The position numbers were made by a program, and so were the translations under genes. DNA of 46,261 nucleotides from Octopus sinensis (taxonomy: Eukaryota), in contig NW_021834623.1 of the NCBI RefSeq assembly GCF_006345805.1, forward strand, positions 1 to 46,261, in the 5' to 3' direction. The notes below the pieces were generated by a model. The model searched no databases, was not told the DNA's origin, and saw only the letters and a program-made list of their open reading frames with translations. Shown piece after piece: positions 12,161-23,984 of this stretch (position 1 is the first letter of the stretch; the number at the start of each line of letters is the position of its first letter).

Positions 12161-13203
12161 TTTTTGGTTGCAAATTTTGACTATTTAATTCTATCCCACT
12201 GAAAAGGCACAACCAACTGTCATCTACAGCCCATACCTGATATCCATTCTATATTCTGTGTAAACAAGAAAATTGCACAAAACCTGCGCGATAGCGGCGT
12301 CACGCGTGGCATGCAGACTATCATATGATTTGTTTAACAGGCGCAATTCATTTTTACTCTTCTTTTTGTTTTATTTTCATATGCGCATTGTATTTTTATT
12401 CTTCTCTTCCGTTTTAATTTGACATGCGCATTGCATTTTTGTTCTCGACCGTTTTACGAATCCAATGTGCACACAGACATTGCTAATTCTTTTCTGTCCA
12501 GTTCCTTCTCAAAACTATTTAGAGATCACAACCAACTCCCGAACCTGCTGTTGGGTGGAGCGCTTCCAGCTCTGATAGTTAGGGTGGGGGGAAACAAGTC
12601 TATGTGAATTTGGATGTTTCTGCACACATAGAGGAAACCCATCCGATATATACCCATCGAATCTGAACATTAATTAAAATTACTTCTTGAATCGAAACTA
12701 TCTCCAAGTTCCTCAATAGAGGTTCGATACCCACAAAAAAATCTATACACGATTACAATGATTACGTATAAAACTTTATGAATACTTTTTCAGGCTTTAT
12801 AATCAAAGTTGGTCAGTGAGACTTTGGTGTACGGACATGTCGGAAGAACGAATATATATATAGTGCGTGTGTTTATTTGGCAAACAAGGAAAATGACTAT
12901 CCCAAAATACAACAATATTTATATATACAATTATGTATACACACACAGACAGACACACAGAGGCACACACATACATACTATATGTATTAGTGTGTGTGTG
13001 TGTCTGTGTGTGTGAGTGCAAATAAAGATTAATGTAAAAATATTAAAAGGCAAAGCGTTTAGCATCACCTGAAAAAAGGATTTAATTTAGATTATGATCT
13101 CCTCCATTTCATGTTTGGATTTCTAAACTAAATGCCTTGTCTTTTCAAGTGCTGCAAAACGGTTTACTTTTTCAGGCTTACTTTACATTTTTACGTATAT
13201 GTG

Positions 13204-13259
13204 TTTATACATACATATATATATATTATATATATATATATATTATATATATATATATG

Positions 13260-13331
<72 letters not shown>

Positions 13332-13365
13332 ATGTGTGTGTGTGTGCGTGTGTGTACATATATAT
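13204..13365. repeat. (TA)n-(TG)n microsatellite
   Basis: Directly visible. Confidence 0.95.
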
Positions 13366-14717
13366 GTGTCCACGTTGACACATACATCAACATATTTTGA
13401 GAAAAGATAAACGTACATACATATATATGTATATATATATATATATATATATGTATATACAAAATTTACAAATATATTTACATAGTGCGTATATATAATT
13501 GAGTGCGTGTGTGTATTTGCGTGTGTGTGTGTGTAAACAACAGTATTTTATTTTAACTTGTTTCAATTTATTATAATATGCTCTTAACTTGTCCTATATA
13601 TTTGGAATTTGGAGTTTGTAGTTTGCCAACTTAGTCAACCTTCACTATATTCACAAGTCAGGGTCAGTTCCGGAATACGACCGACTAGAATTTCTTGCGA
13701 AAATTCCAAGAAACCGTTCCATTTGTCTATGTACATGTCGCTTGTACAAGAATTTACAACCGAAATTCTCCAATTGGAACTAAATAATTAATTCAATGCA
13801 GCGTTATATCTTGACATCGCCTTGGCATTCTGAATTGGAAAACTGATGAGAAGAATTCTGAAAGTGAAAAACCATTCTAAATACGATATTCAAACGATCA
13901 CATTTGTTCGTAGACTTATTTCTCACTGGTAATTTTAATTTAGCTTGGTAGAATTAATTCCTCGCGAAATTTTCCTGGTCCTAAAATTTTTCGCTCTGCC
14001 GCCTTATCTATCCAATATATTTTTTTATAGTTTACGATTGAATATTGAACGTTGGATCTCGTATTGCTCGTTTCTAGATCGAACTGGAGCTCCCCGTCTT
14101 TTCAAATATCACACAGGTCTTTTGAGTTAACTCCTCAATTCTGTATAGGTATCATGTTATCCCCTCACTGTCAGCTCCAGAATCACGTACGTATCTGTAA
14201 TTGTGTACATTCGTCTGATTCTCAGACAATATCTGACCAGCACTGCTATCCCAACCATACTCCAAACCTCACTCAAAGGAGGCGCTCACACTCATTAAAC
14301 GCACAGTTTACAGATACAACCATTCCTTCCCCCAAACACAAACACTACTCTTAATAGACGCATATATTCAGGTATACACTCATACACATCTCACTGACCG
14401 TTTTACACTTTAACACAATTATGAACGCATTCCGGCACAGTGGTGGGAGTTTATTCGCGACAAACTATGACTCAATTCTTAGACTACGTACATCCAAGAA
14501 CATGTTCCGCTGTCCAAGAATTTCCTTTTTGTAAATTTCATTTGAGTGGGAAATGTGTTACACAGCATTGAACGTATTTTTCAGCGTCATCAGCTCTAAG
14601 GGACGTAGCACAACAGAGGTCGAAACGATCAGAAACCGACTCCTGTCGAGGATCTCACATCAGTTTACCTTCTAGAAGGAAATACTAACGAGAACTAAGA
14701 GTCCTTCAGGCACTGTA

Positions 14718-14936
14718 CGGTTACCCCTCAACTATTGCGGGTGTTATGTTCCAGACATACCCGCGAAAGGTGAAACTCCGCGAGTAGAAACAACACTGTA
14801 CTGTATTATTTTAATTATCGTATAGTTTGTGTATATTTATTTTATTAAAAAATGCGAAATAACACCACGAAGAATTCGACGTAAGTTTAAATAATAAACC
14901 GTGATAGTTGAAACGCGATGTTGCGAGGAATTACTG
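14718..14936. mobile_element. Tigger/pogo-type MITE (~219 bp) with TA target duplication
   Basis: Left end TA|CGGTTACCCCTC versus the reverse complement of the right end TA|CAGTAATTCCTC (8 of 12 match). Subterminal CGCG-rich motifs as in Tigger-like MITEs. Confidence 0.65.
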
Positions 14937-15360
14937 TACTTCACATAGTGCTTAAACCCTAACTGTGATCTGAACTAGTGCTACAACTCCGGCTACAGTA
15001 GACTTCAGAACATTAGATACTAAGGTGCGATTGCACTCCCCTCAAAATCGCGGGACTTTCATACCCAGGCCCCACGAGAGGAAACAATTTAAATTCATTT
15101 AAATTAATGAAATTTAAATCACAATCCAGGACACTCATTTATAGTAACAGATATGCGAAAAGATGCTGAACATATATGTACAAAAACTCAGGATGTGTCA
15201 CACACGTACAGGGTGCAAGCACTCAATTCAATGATCTCGTTTTATGATCTGATTCCCAAGATTCAACTACCCATTTCTAATTCCCTACCCCTATCGTCTC
15301 TCTTGCCTGACCATCGCTGATACCACAGCAACGTAGTACCTTCATACACAGCCACGCTTA

Positions 15361-15610
15361 TATTGGAGTAAGATTGTTTGCCAACATAGCATGGCAGTCC
15401 TTGTTTAGGACGAATGTTGCTGTAATTTAGCCCCAGGAGACATCGTCTCAAGCTGACTATACGACACAATCCGTGTCCTTATATTTTCGAACAAGAACAC
15501 AGGTCGTGCCGTATAGCCAGCTGGAGTCGATGTCTCCTGGGGCTAAATTACAGCAACATTCGTCTAAACCAGTACTGCCACGTTACGTTGACAAACAATC
15601 TTTACTCCAA
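15361..15610. mobile_element. ~250 bp fold-back (palindromic) element, probably a MITE
   Basis: 15363-15467 is the near-perfect reverse complement of 15506-15610, including the identical 29-mer gacgaatgttgctgtaatttagccccagg. The spacer also pairs in part (ccgtgtcctt/aagaacacagg). Confidence 0.85.
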
Positions 15611-16853
15611 AGTACTATTGCTGAATATCACTCCTTGTGAGATTTACAAATAGTAACTTCACGCTTATATTATTCTACCATTTACCTCGCATTAAGTCAG
15701 ATCTTTCCTCATAAACGACAATTTTCTTCCGACATTTGTTCTGTAGAGTTATAGTAGTATGTGTTGACCGACTCGAAAGTTTTCGATTTTTACCGTCTCA
15801 AATTTGCACTATTTCACCCTCCTATTGCATTTCCTGCCCAATTTATCAGACTTTTACTGAATTCTAAAACTTACAATCTCTTCTAAGAATCTTTTGGTTT
15901 CAATCACCTTTACTTTACGTAACCAGCTCACTCCTCACAACCTGATGCAGAAACTTATACAATAGATTTCTAATCTCGTCTGGGAATCTTGGAAATCTTA
16001 TACGTTGAACTGTTTTAGAACTTTATACTTTGTATTTGTCGATTTTTCAGCTCCTGGGAAAAACTTTAACATTTTCCTCATTCAAAACCACAAATCTGAA
16101 AAAGAAATAATTTCAAATGCAACTTGCTTTTCATTTGTGTAATATGCACACACACACAGACACACACACACACGGACAGAGATGTGCACAGCACAAACAC
16201 ACACAAGGAGACAGACATGCACGCACGTACATATAACTCCTAAAAAAACTGTCACGACACAGCATTTCTTCGACGTCTGTAGGTAAACGAATACACTCAC
16301 ACACCCTTACATATACAAGTTCACAATCTCACGTAACATTCAGAAAAAAAGACAAAAACCGTGTTCCAAACCATCAATCAATGTCACCAAATTTACATAC
16401 CCTTCACCCGTTTGTACACATTCACCTACTTTAACAGCATACAGCATATCTCCTCGTGCCCTTTTCCAGACACAAATAATATGATACGTGCATCGCTGTT
16501 ACCATCCACTGATCGCTTTTCCTCTCCTCCTTCCAAACAGCGTGGAAGAATCCTTGGTTTTCAATATCAACATTCAACTTGGCGTAAATGAATAATTTTC
16601 ATTATATATTTTTTGATATTTTTTCAAAATTTTTTTATATATTAATTTTTTTTCACTAAACCGATCTTTTCCCGCTCTTCCTATGTCTTCATTCTTACCG
16701 CCATTAATATTCCGATGAAATACCAATGGCTGAAAAAATGGCGTACGCCAAATCTGTAGCTATTAAACTGATGCCGTGTTGTTAATAATTTTTACTTTCT
16801 GTAAAACTTTCATTGTACCTTATATATGCCCAAGCACGCACAAATATATGCAT

Positions 16854-16884
<31 letters not shown>

Positions 16885-16989
16885 TTTATATATATATATT
16901 CATATATATATGTTTATATATATATGAGAACAAAGTGTATGTACGCCGCTATATATATATGCCAGTGAAGGAACAAGAATTAGGTACAA

Positions 16990-17095
16990 TATTTTAACGC
17001 TCGGGAAGAATGGAAATATCTTTGAAGTTTCGAGCACACGCTCTTCGACAGAAAGGATTAAGAGGCAATAAATGGTGAGAGAACAGAAGAAAAAA
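16990..17095 (-). mobile_element. Penelope-like repeat fragment with a minimal hammerhead-like motif
   Basis: Minus strand 17056-17020 reads CCTTT-CTGTCGA-A-GAGC-GTGT-GCTC-GAAAC-TTC-AAAG. Same family as 23985-24100. Confidence 0.6.
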
Positions 17096-17158
17096 ACGTT
17101 GTGAGGAACCCACATATGCGATGACTATGTAGAGATTAATGTTTCAACAAAATGTATG

Positions 17159-17214
<56 letters not shown>

Positions 17215-18067
17215 TGTGTGTATATATCCACCCATCTATACGTACATACATATCTACTTACGCTAATATATCCATGGTTTCAGTTACTGTTATTAAAGCC
17301 ACGAAATATTAAAATCCAAGAGAAAGTCTGGAATGAATTTGATCTTAATTTGCCTTCGCTGACAATAGACTTAGAACTTACATAACGACGACGACCCCGA
17401 GAACAGAAAGAAATATACAGCAATAACTACAACAACTATAACATCACCAGCATCGATTTATTACAAAATATGTTTTCAGAAAATTCATCATGAGGCTTGG
17501 ATATATTATTTCATTTAATTTTAGTTTGATCTCTTTAAAGGTTGCACTCATCCTGTATGAAGTTTTTCCCATATGGAGAACACACAATGGACTCTTATAT
17601 TTATAATACACATTATTTCCTGCCGCCACTTCGAAATTAAAATGAAACGTGCTATTAAGCTGCCTGCAGCAAGATGTGCATAAGAAGCATATTGTGTAAA
17701 ATTATTTATACCCAAACTGCGTTTAATTTTATGAGTATAGCAAAAACTGGTTTCTTGGTGTTGTTTTTTTTTTCTTCTTTTTCACGTCGATCACATGTAT
17801 GAAGCATTTGTTCCAAATTTAGAAAGTTAAACATGTGACATCTGATTAACTAACAGACGCCAGCGCCGAATTGATTGAAATGCGTTATGTCTGTCTCTAA
17901 CTGAGCTCTCTCTCTCTCTCTAACTGGGAGAGAGAGAGAGCGAGATAGCTGGAAAGGGATCTAGTAGTTACGGCTCGTATTCAATATTGCGAGAGTATGA
18001 TTTCGATTCCCAGAGCAGAATTATTTCTGTTTTGAGCAAGTTACTTCATTTCACGATGCTCCATTCC

Positions 18068-18866
18068 AAAATAAAAAATTTGGCCAAAAAAAAAAATACG
18101 AAAAACATTTTAGATGTACAGATAGGTTCGCGTGACTCGACTCAGATCACTGTTCCCGTAGAAATGTAAATAATATATTGGCATAAAAGAAATGCTTGTA
18201 TAAGAATCTCGATCGGGACGACGCACTGCTGGCTGTCCGAAAATACTATAACACTATGGGAGACATAAGCAAAAAGATATATCGTTAAAAGTGTAATTCA
18301 TCACACAAAAACTATTAGCCGAAAAGAATAAGACATTTTGCTAGATGTCAACTCTGTTCTTTAAGAGAGTACAGTCGGACAAATCAAGAGACTTCACATT
18401 CGAGTTGAAGGAACAGAAAACCAAGAGAAAATAAACAAGGAATAAAATTTATCGAAGCAGATTAAGAATCACCATTTTTTGTTGCCGCAGCTGGAATATG
18501 TCTTACAATACTCAGATCAAATCTATCCAGCAATTCTTTGCATAATCTCTAAAAACTGTTTCCAAAAAAGAAATTGATATAATTTTTCTTATGAGTTTGC
18601 AATGAAAATTAATTATCCCCGTTGTCTTAGTTAAATTTAAAAGGAATGATTAGAAACATTTCCATGTGAGTGTGAAACGAATATAATTATCATACAAGTG
18701 ACGTTTCCAGTGTAATTAGGGAAAAGATTAAAACATGTCTATTTGTGTTTTAATTACTATAGTGAGTAAAAGTTTACTATGTGTGTCAGTTTAAATGTTT
18801 GTGACATTGTACACACTAATTAACCAAAGCCCACTTTCGAACAATTTACTGGCGTTTATAAGTGAA
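18068..18866 (+). repeat. Diverged ~0.8 kb direct repeat, copy A
   Basis: Collinear with 21428-22255. Shared anchors include ggctgtccgaaaat, aaagatatatcgttaaa, aactattagc.gaaaagaata, ttgccgcagctggaatat, taaatgtttgtgacattgta and ataagtgaa. Confidence 0.9.
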
Positions 18867-18902
18867 GTATGTATACCTAGTAAAGATTTAGATATATATT
18901 TC

Positions 18903-18904
<2 letters not shown>

Positions 18905-18934
<30 letters not shown>

Positions 18935-18971
18935 TGTATGTATGTTGTATGTATGTATGTATGTATGTATG

Positions 18972-19008
<37 letters not shown>
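18905..19008. repeat. (TATG)n-(TA)n microsatellite
   Basis: Directly visible. Confidence 0.95.
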
Positions 19009-19100
19009 CTGTTTTTATTAAAGTTTTATATACATTAGCCACCTGTTAAATTATCCATAGATTTTCGTAGATAATATATATACTCTGATATGCGAGGTAG

Positions 19101-19198
19101 CCCGGAATAAACCGAACGAGCTGGCCTTACTGAAGATGGCTATGGCAATAGCCGAAACTGATCGGTCAGTCTGGGGAATTCTCGGTTCGGGGGCCGGG
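19101..19198 (+). ncRNA. Type I hammerhead ribozyme, apparently intact; predicted cleavage after C19171 (GUC)
   Basis: Core CUGAAGA at 19130-36, then one extra U. Stem II GGCUAU/AUAGCC with loop GGCA. GAAA at 19154-57. Stem III ACUGA/UCAGU with loop UCGG, then C17. Stem I CCUUA/UGGGG is extended by CCGAACGAG/CUCG(G)UUCGG and CCCGG/CCGGG. Confidence 0.85.
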
Positions 19199-19372
19199 GC
19201 GATTGCAGCCGCTATCAGCGTATATTATGCATGCTTTGTAACATCATTGGAGTATTTTAGCTCCTATTTCTATCAATGTTGGTGTTATTCACACCCTTAG
19301 TCAAGTTTAGTTGGCGAATATGGTGCTCCTTTACACACACACACACAACACACACACACATATATATATATA

Positions 19373-20006
19373 CTACCAGTATCGCCCGGCGTTGCTCGGG
19401 TTTGTAAGGGAAATAACTATATAAGCATTTTTAGAGAGTTATAGCCAAAAAATAGCAAAAAATGCATTAAAAATGGAAAAAATATGATGGTAAATTTTTT
19501 GAAAAATCGTTGACTCATCGTAGACATTTTTAGAGAGTTACTTCCCTTATATAATAGCGAAAAAATGCATTAAAATGGAAAAAAAACGATGGTAATTTTT
19601 TTTTTAAATCGTAGACTCATGTAGACGCTTTCTTAGCCATTTCTGTTTTGGTGTCTTCAAGCCATGAAGTCGTTGTTCTAAAAGAACGCTGGTCTCCTTG
19701 ACAACGCATTACGACGTTGATTTCCTACACTCCCTTCCCCACAGGTGCAGGTGTGAGCGTGGACGCCAACTCCGCCGCCATCGACACACGAAAAATTATG
19801 CATTAAAATGGAATAAAAATGATGTTAAATTATTTTTAAATCGTAGACTCATCGTAGACGCGCGCTAATACTCAGACGGGCTCGATATGAATCACGACTA
19901 TAAGCTACCCGAATTTGGTTAAACTGCACCGCAAAATGTGGGAGTAGTTAGGAATCTAAATGGAAGGGGACAGACACTCACACAACTACAGTTTTATATA
20001 TATAGA
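19373..20006 (-). mobile_element. Non-autonomous Helitron (~634 bp) with internal tandem subrepeats
   Basis: The minus strand starts A|TC (TCTATATATATAAAAC) and ends with a GC hairpin (CCCG...CGGG, 19385-19400) followed by CGATACTG and GTAG|T (a CTAG variant). It sits at an AT dinucleotide with no target duplication. Three related 70-100 bp subrepeats lie at 19426-19525, 19525-19627 and 19791-19860. Confidence 0.8.
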
Positions 20007-20026
20007 TATACATAGCGCAGTAGTGT

Positions 20027-20460
20027 GGTGAGATGTGACAGCAAAGAAAAGCATACATTCACTCTCTGCATGCAATTAGACTCGGAAAGTTCGTGAGGAA
20101 CCCATTGACCCAATTTGCTGACTTTTCCGATAGCACACACGTCTCAATGAATGGTTGAATGACCAAATCCAAGCTTCTCTGCTAGTTCCTCAACAGTTAC
20201 GATGAGATTTTGTTCCACCAGGGTTTTCAGGATGTCCTTGTCGAGTTCTACAGATCTTTCAGGATGAGGCTCGTCTTCTAGGCTGTTCCAATATAGCTTT
20301 GAAAAAAATAGCTGTTAAAATCGAAATGCACTCTTCAAAACTTGCACTATGAATAAGGACAAGATAAAATTACTACCTGCTTTTATAGCAAGTTAATATA
20401 AGTAGTTTATCCCATTCCCCTCTGACTTTTAGTTCAAGCTGTTGAAAAAACCGCATTATT
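20027..20460 (-). mobile_element. Mariner DNA transposon remnant (5' end and N-terminal transposase)
   Basis: 20284-20027 translates SLEDEPHPERSVELDKDILKTLVEQNLIVTVEELAEKLGFGHSTIH*DVCAIGKVSKLGQWVPHELSESNCMQRVNVCFSLL, with the WVPHEL motif. TIR-like AATAATGCGGTTTTTT at 20460-20445. Confidence 0.9.
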
Positions 20461-20741
20461 ATATATATATACATACATACATACTTACATACATACATAC
20501 ATACATACATATACACACACACTCTCTCTCTCACACACATGTACACATTTATATTCTGTCATTCTTTTATATGTTTCAGCCTTGAGGTTGTGGCCATGCT
20601 GGATCATGTGTGTGTGTGTGTCTACCTGTCTGTCTGTATGTATGTATATATGTATATGTATGTGTGTGAACAATGATATTTTCAACAGATGTGTTGCAAA
20701 TGTATCTGATTGTTCTCAAGCTTCAATACTGTGTGTGTGTA

Positions 20742-20772
<31 letters not shown>

Positions 20773-20779
20773 ATGTATG

Positions 20780-20811
<32 letters not shown>

Positions 20812-21427
20812 TGTATGAGTGTATGTTTACTTTATTACTAACACAAGCCACTACGGTTATTTAATGTAAAGTCCTCCTCAAATCACTATCTCTGGCTATT
20901 TACTCTCTTCCAAGAACATTTTCACTCACACTTATGTGTTAGCTTCCCATACATTTTACTCATGTATCTATCAGCGTGATAGAGAGAAACAAATATTACA
21001 TCTAGTTTCACTTTATTCGTTGCCCACTGTGTGTGTGCGTTTGCGTGTTGTGTAAACCACACTAAGAAAAGCATTTGACACACACACCAGAATGTGAGTT
21101 TTCTGTAAATTTTGCTTAATTGGAGTTTAAATTTTAAAAACTGGACCTGGCATGACGCGATGCATTGTACTCTCAAAAATGCTAGGTAAATTGTAATTGA
21201 AGAAATCCTATATTGTAGATTTCTATAACTCCCAAAGGGAGGCAGATAAAATCTGCCTTTTATAATAAGAGATATATATATATGAGGAAAGAGAGAGAGA
21301 GAAAGAGTGATAGAGAGAAAGTGAGAGAGAGAGAGAGATACAAAGCGTGTCTGGTAATAAGTACGCCGACAGTTCGTGAACGGAACTGGATATTATATTG
21401 CCGTCTCTGGTGATTGTTGTCGAATTT

Positions 21428-22255
21428 AAATATAGATTTTGGACAACAAAATAAAAAAGAAAAACATCATATAATGGTTGAGTCGAGGGATTCCTCCATT
21501 ATATCATTTATTGCAGTGGAGAGAAATGTCTATATAGGAATATCTTTATGGGGGGGGGACACTTTTGGCTGTCCGAAAATGCAATAATGCTGTGAGAGTC
21601 ATAGGCAAAGTTGTTTAGATTATACAAAAGATATATCGTTAAAGCATTAAATGTAATTTATGTCATAAAAAAAGAAAACTATTAGCTGAAAAGAATAGGA
21701 AAGTTTGTTAGATGTCAAATCTGATCTTCGTTCCTTTAAAAGCGTGAAATCAGATAATTCAAGAGATTTGAAATACGACTAAAAAGAACCGAAAACCTAG
21801 TTCTATAATGATTTTTCATGTATAACATTTACCAAAGCAGATTGAGAAATGCCTTTTATTTTTGCCGCAGCTGGAATATAACTTAGAAAACTGAGATCAA
21901 ATCTTTCCAACAATTCTTTGAATAATCTCTAAAAACTGTGTTCAATAAGAAACCAAAATGAATCGTATATGAGTCTTCATTCGAAATATATCTGCTAATC
22001 TTTGCAGTTAAATTTAAATGTAATGATTTAAAACATTTTTTTGTGAGTGTTACACGAGTGTAACTATCATATGAGAGGTTTCTGGTGGAATTATGGAAAA
22101 AGGAAAAAAAAAAGCACATCTATTTTTGTTATGTATTCTCATTAAACATTTACTATGTGTGTCAATTAATTACCCTGCTCTAAATGTTTGTGACATTGTA
22201 AGTACTAATAACCAAAACCCTTTTTCAAACATTTTATTGACATTAAATAAGTGAA
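21428..22255 (+). repeat. Diverged ~0.8 kb direct repeat, copy B
   Basis: See copy A. The 79 bp core at 21861-21939 matches 18481-18559 at 70 of 79 positions. Confidence 0.9.
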
Positions 22256-22795
22256 ATAAGTGTGTGTGTGTGTTACAATATTTCAACATAAGAATGTTAT
22301 TAACACGCAGTAATAGCATACATATACACAATTACACGCACATTGAACTCGGTCCAGTTTCAGAAACACGCAAGCACGCAATTTGGGCTCTCTGTATATC
22401 TTCTCTAACTGCGTCTCACGGTCAGACTCTGCCTCTGTCTCTCCCTATCTCTCTTTCTCACTCACTCTTTTTGTCCCCCACTCTCTCTCCCTATACATAC
22501 ATACCCATATATGAACACACCTGTACTGATGTAATTAGGCTGAGATAAACCATCCCCGATCTAGAAACCACTTGTGATTTTTACCTTCTATTCTTGCCAC
22601 ACGGTTTGATATACTGCCAACAGGAGAAAAACAACAAAGTACATAGGCACATACATACCTGCTTACATACAAATATACGTACACATATATATACATTTTT
22701 TATCTTTATTTTTATTATAAATGTTTGTATATGTATATATACACATATATATCTCTGTGTGTGTGCATGTATATGTGTAAATATGTATGTATAAG

Positions 22796-22841
<46 letters not shown>

Positions 22842-23689
22842 GTGTGAGCAACAAATATAGTGAAGCACAAACAAAATAATCTAGAAATAAAATGTAGGGA
22901 AAATGGAAAGAAAGGAAGAGAATAGATGCATCAACTTAGAATGGTGTGAAATGTATAAAATATACCAGTGTTTGTGTGCATGTGTTTGCTTCAATCCGTA
23001 GGTGTGTATTTTTCTATGTGCGAGTGTATGTGTATGCGTGATTGTAAATGTGTGCGTATATTGAAGACCTTAGACATATGAGTGACGACTGCTTAGAGAA
23101 GAATTTCTAAATGATAAATTAACAATTGTCTGATGAGAGAACAAGATTTCTAATCTAGCTATCATTTTTCACAATCCGATTCTACTTGTCTCAAGCGTTG
23201 ACAACAGTCTATTTTAGAAACTAGTTTATTTAGGAAAAGAAAAAGAGAATAGCAAGGATTTCGTTGAACTGTGTAGTAATATTTATTTTATCTATTGATA
23301 GAAACCACTTATTTGGCCCAGTGAATCCTGGCTTTTAATCTACTCTAACCTATTTAGACTTTAACGAGTAAGTGGGTGAGAGATATGAAGTAAAATGAGT
23401 AGAGAGAGAGAGAGATAAAGAAACAGAGCGGGTTTGAAAGAGATGGAGAAACTGAGAGGGTTTGAAAGAGAGAGAGAGAGAGAGAACACAGAGAGAGTTT
23501 GAAGGAGAGTTAAGAGATGATAAAGGAATCGTTTCATGAGGGAAAAGTGGTAAATGATAGACAGTAAATAAATACGTGTTAATGTGTGTGATGTAAAAGG
23601 CGAGTGTATATAGGTTTTAATCAAAGTGTACGCGTGCGAGCGTTTTGCATGCAAGTTTGTGCAAGCATGGACGTATAGTATGAAGCTTG

Positions 23690-23815
23690 TCATTCAAGCA
23701 TGCGGTTTCGATTTCAGTCGAACTACGTAGCATCTACCGTAGATCAAGACCGACCGAATCCTTGTAGACGGATACGGAAAATACAGAAAGCATCCCGTCG
23801 TATATAATATTTATA
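23690..23815 (+). mobile_element. SINE family A core, diverged, running into (TA)n
   Basis: gcggtttcgatttcagtc...ccgaccgaatccttgtagacggat...cccgtcgtatata matches the family A core. Confidence 0.6.
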
Positions 23816-23819
23816 TATC

Positions 23820-23883
<64 letters not shown>

Positions 23884-23984
23884 CACTTACCCACATACAC
23901 ACGCACACACACGCATACATACATACATATATATATATATAGTCGCCATGACTGACCGTTAAAAATATACAAGGTTTTTTTTCT

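Noticed and set aside
23130-23155. CTGATGA with a 4 bp hairpin; similar CTGATGA at 7209 and 13843, and CTGAAAA...TGGCGTACGCCA near 16730
   Set aside because: They lack GAAA and/or stem I and a cleavage triplet, so they cannot be told from chance heptamers.
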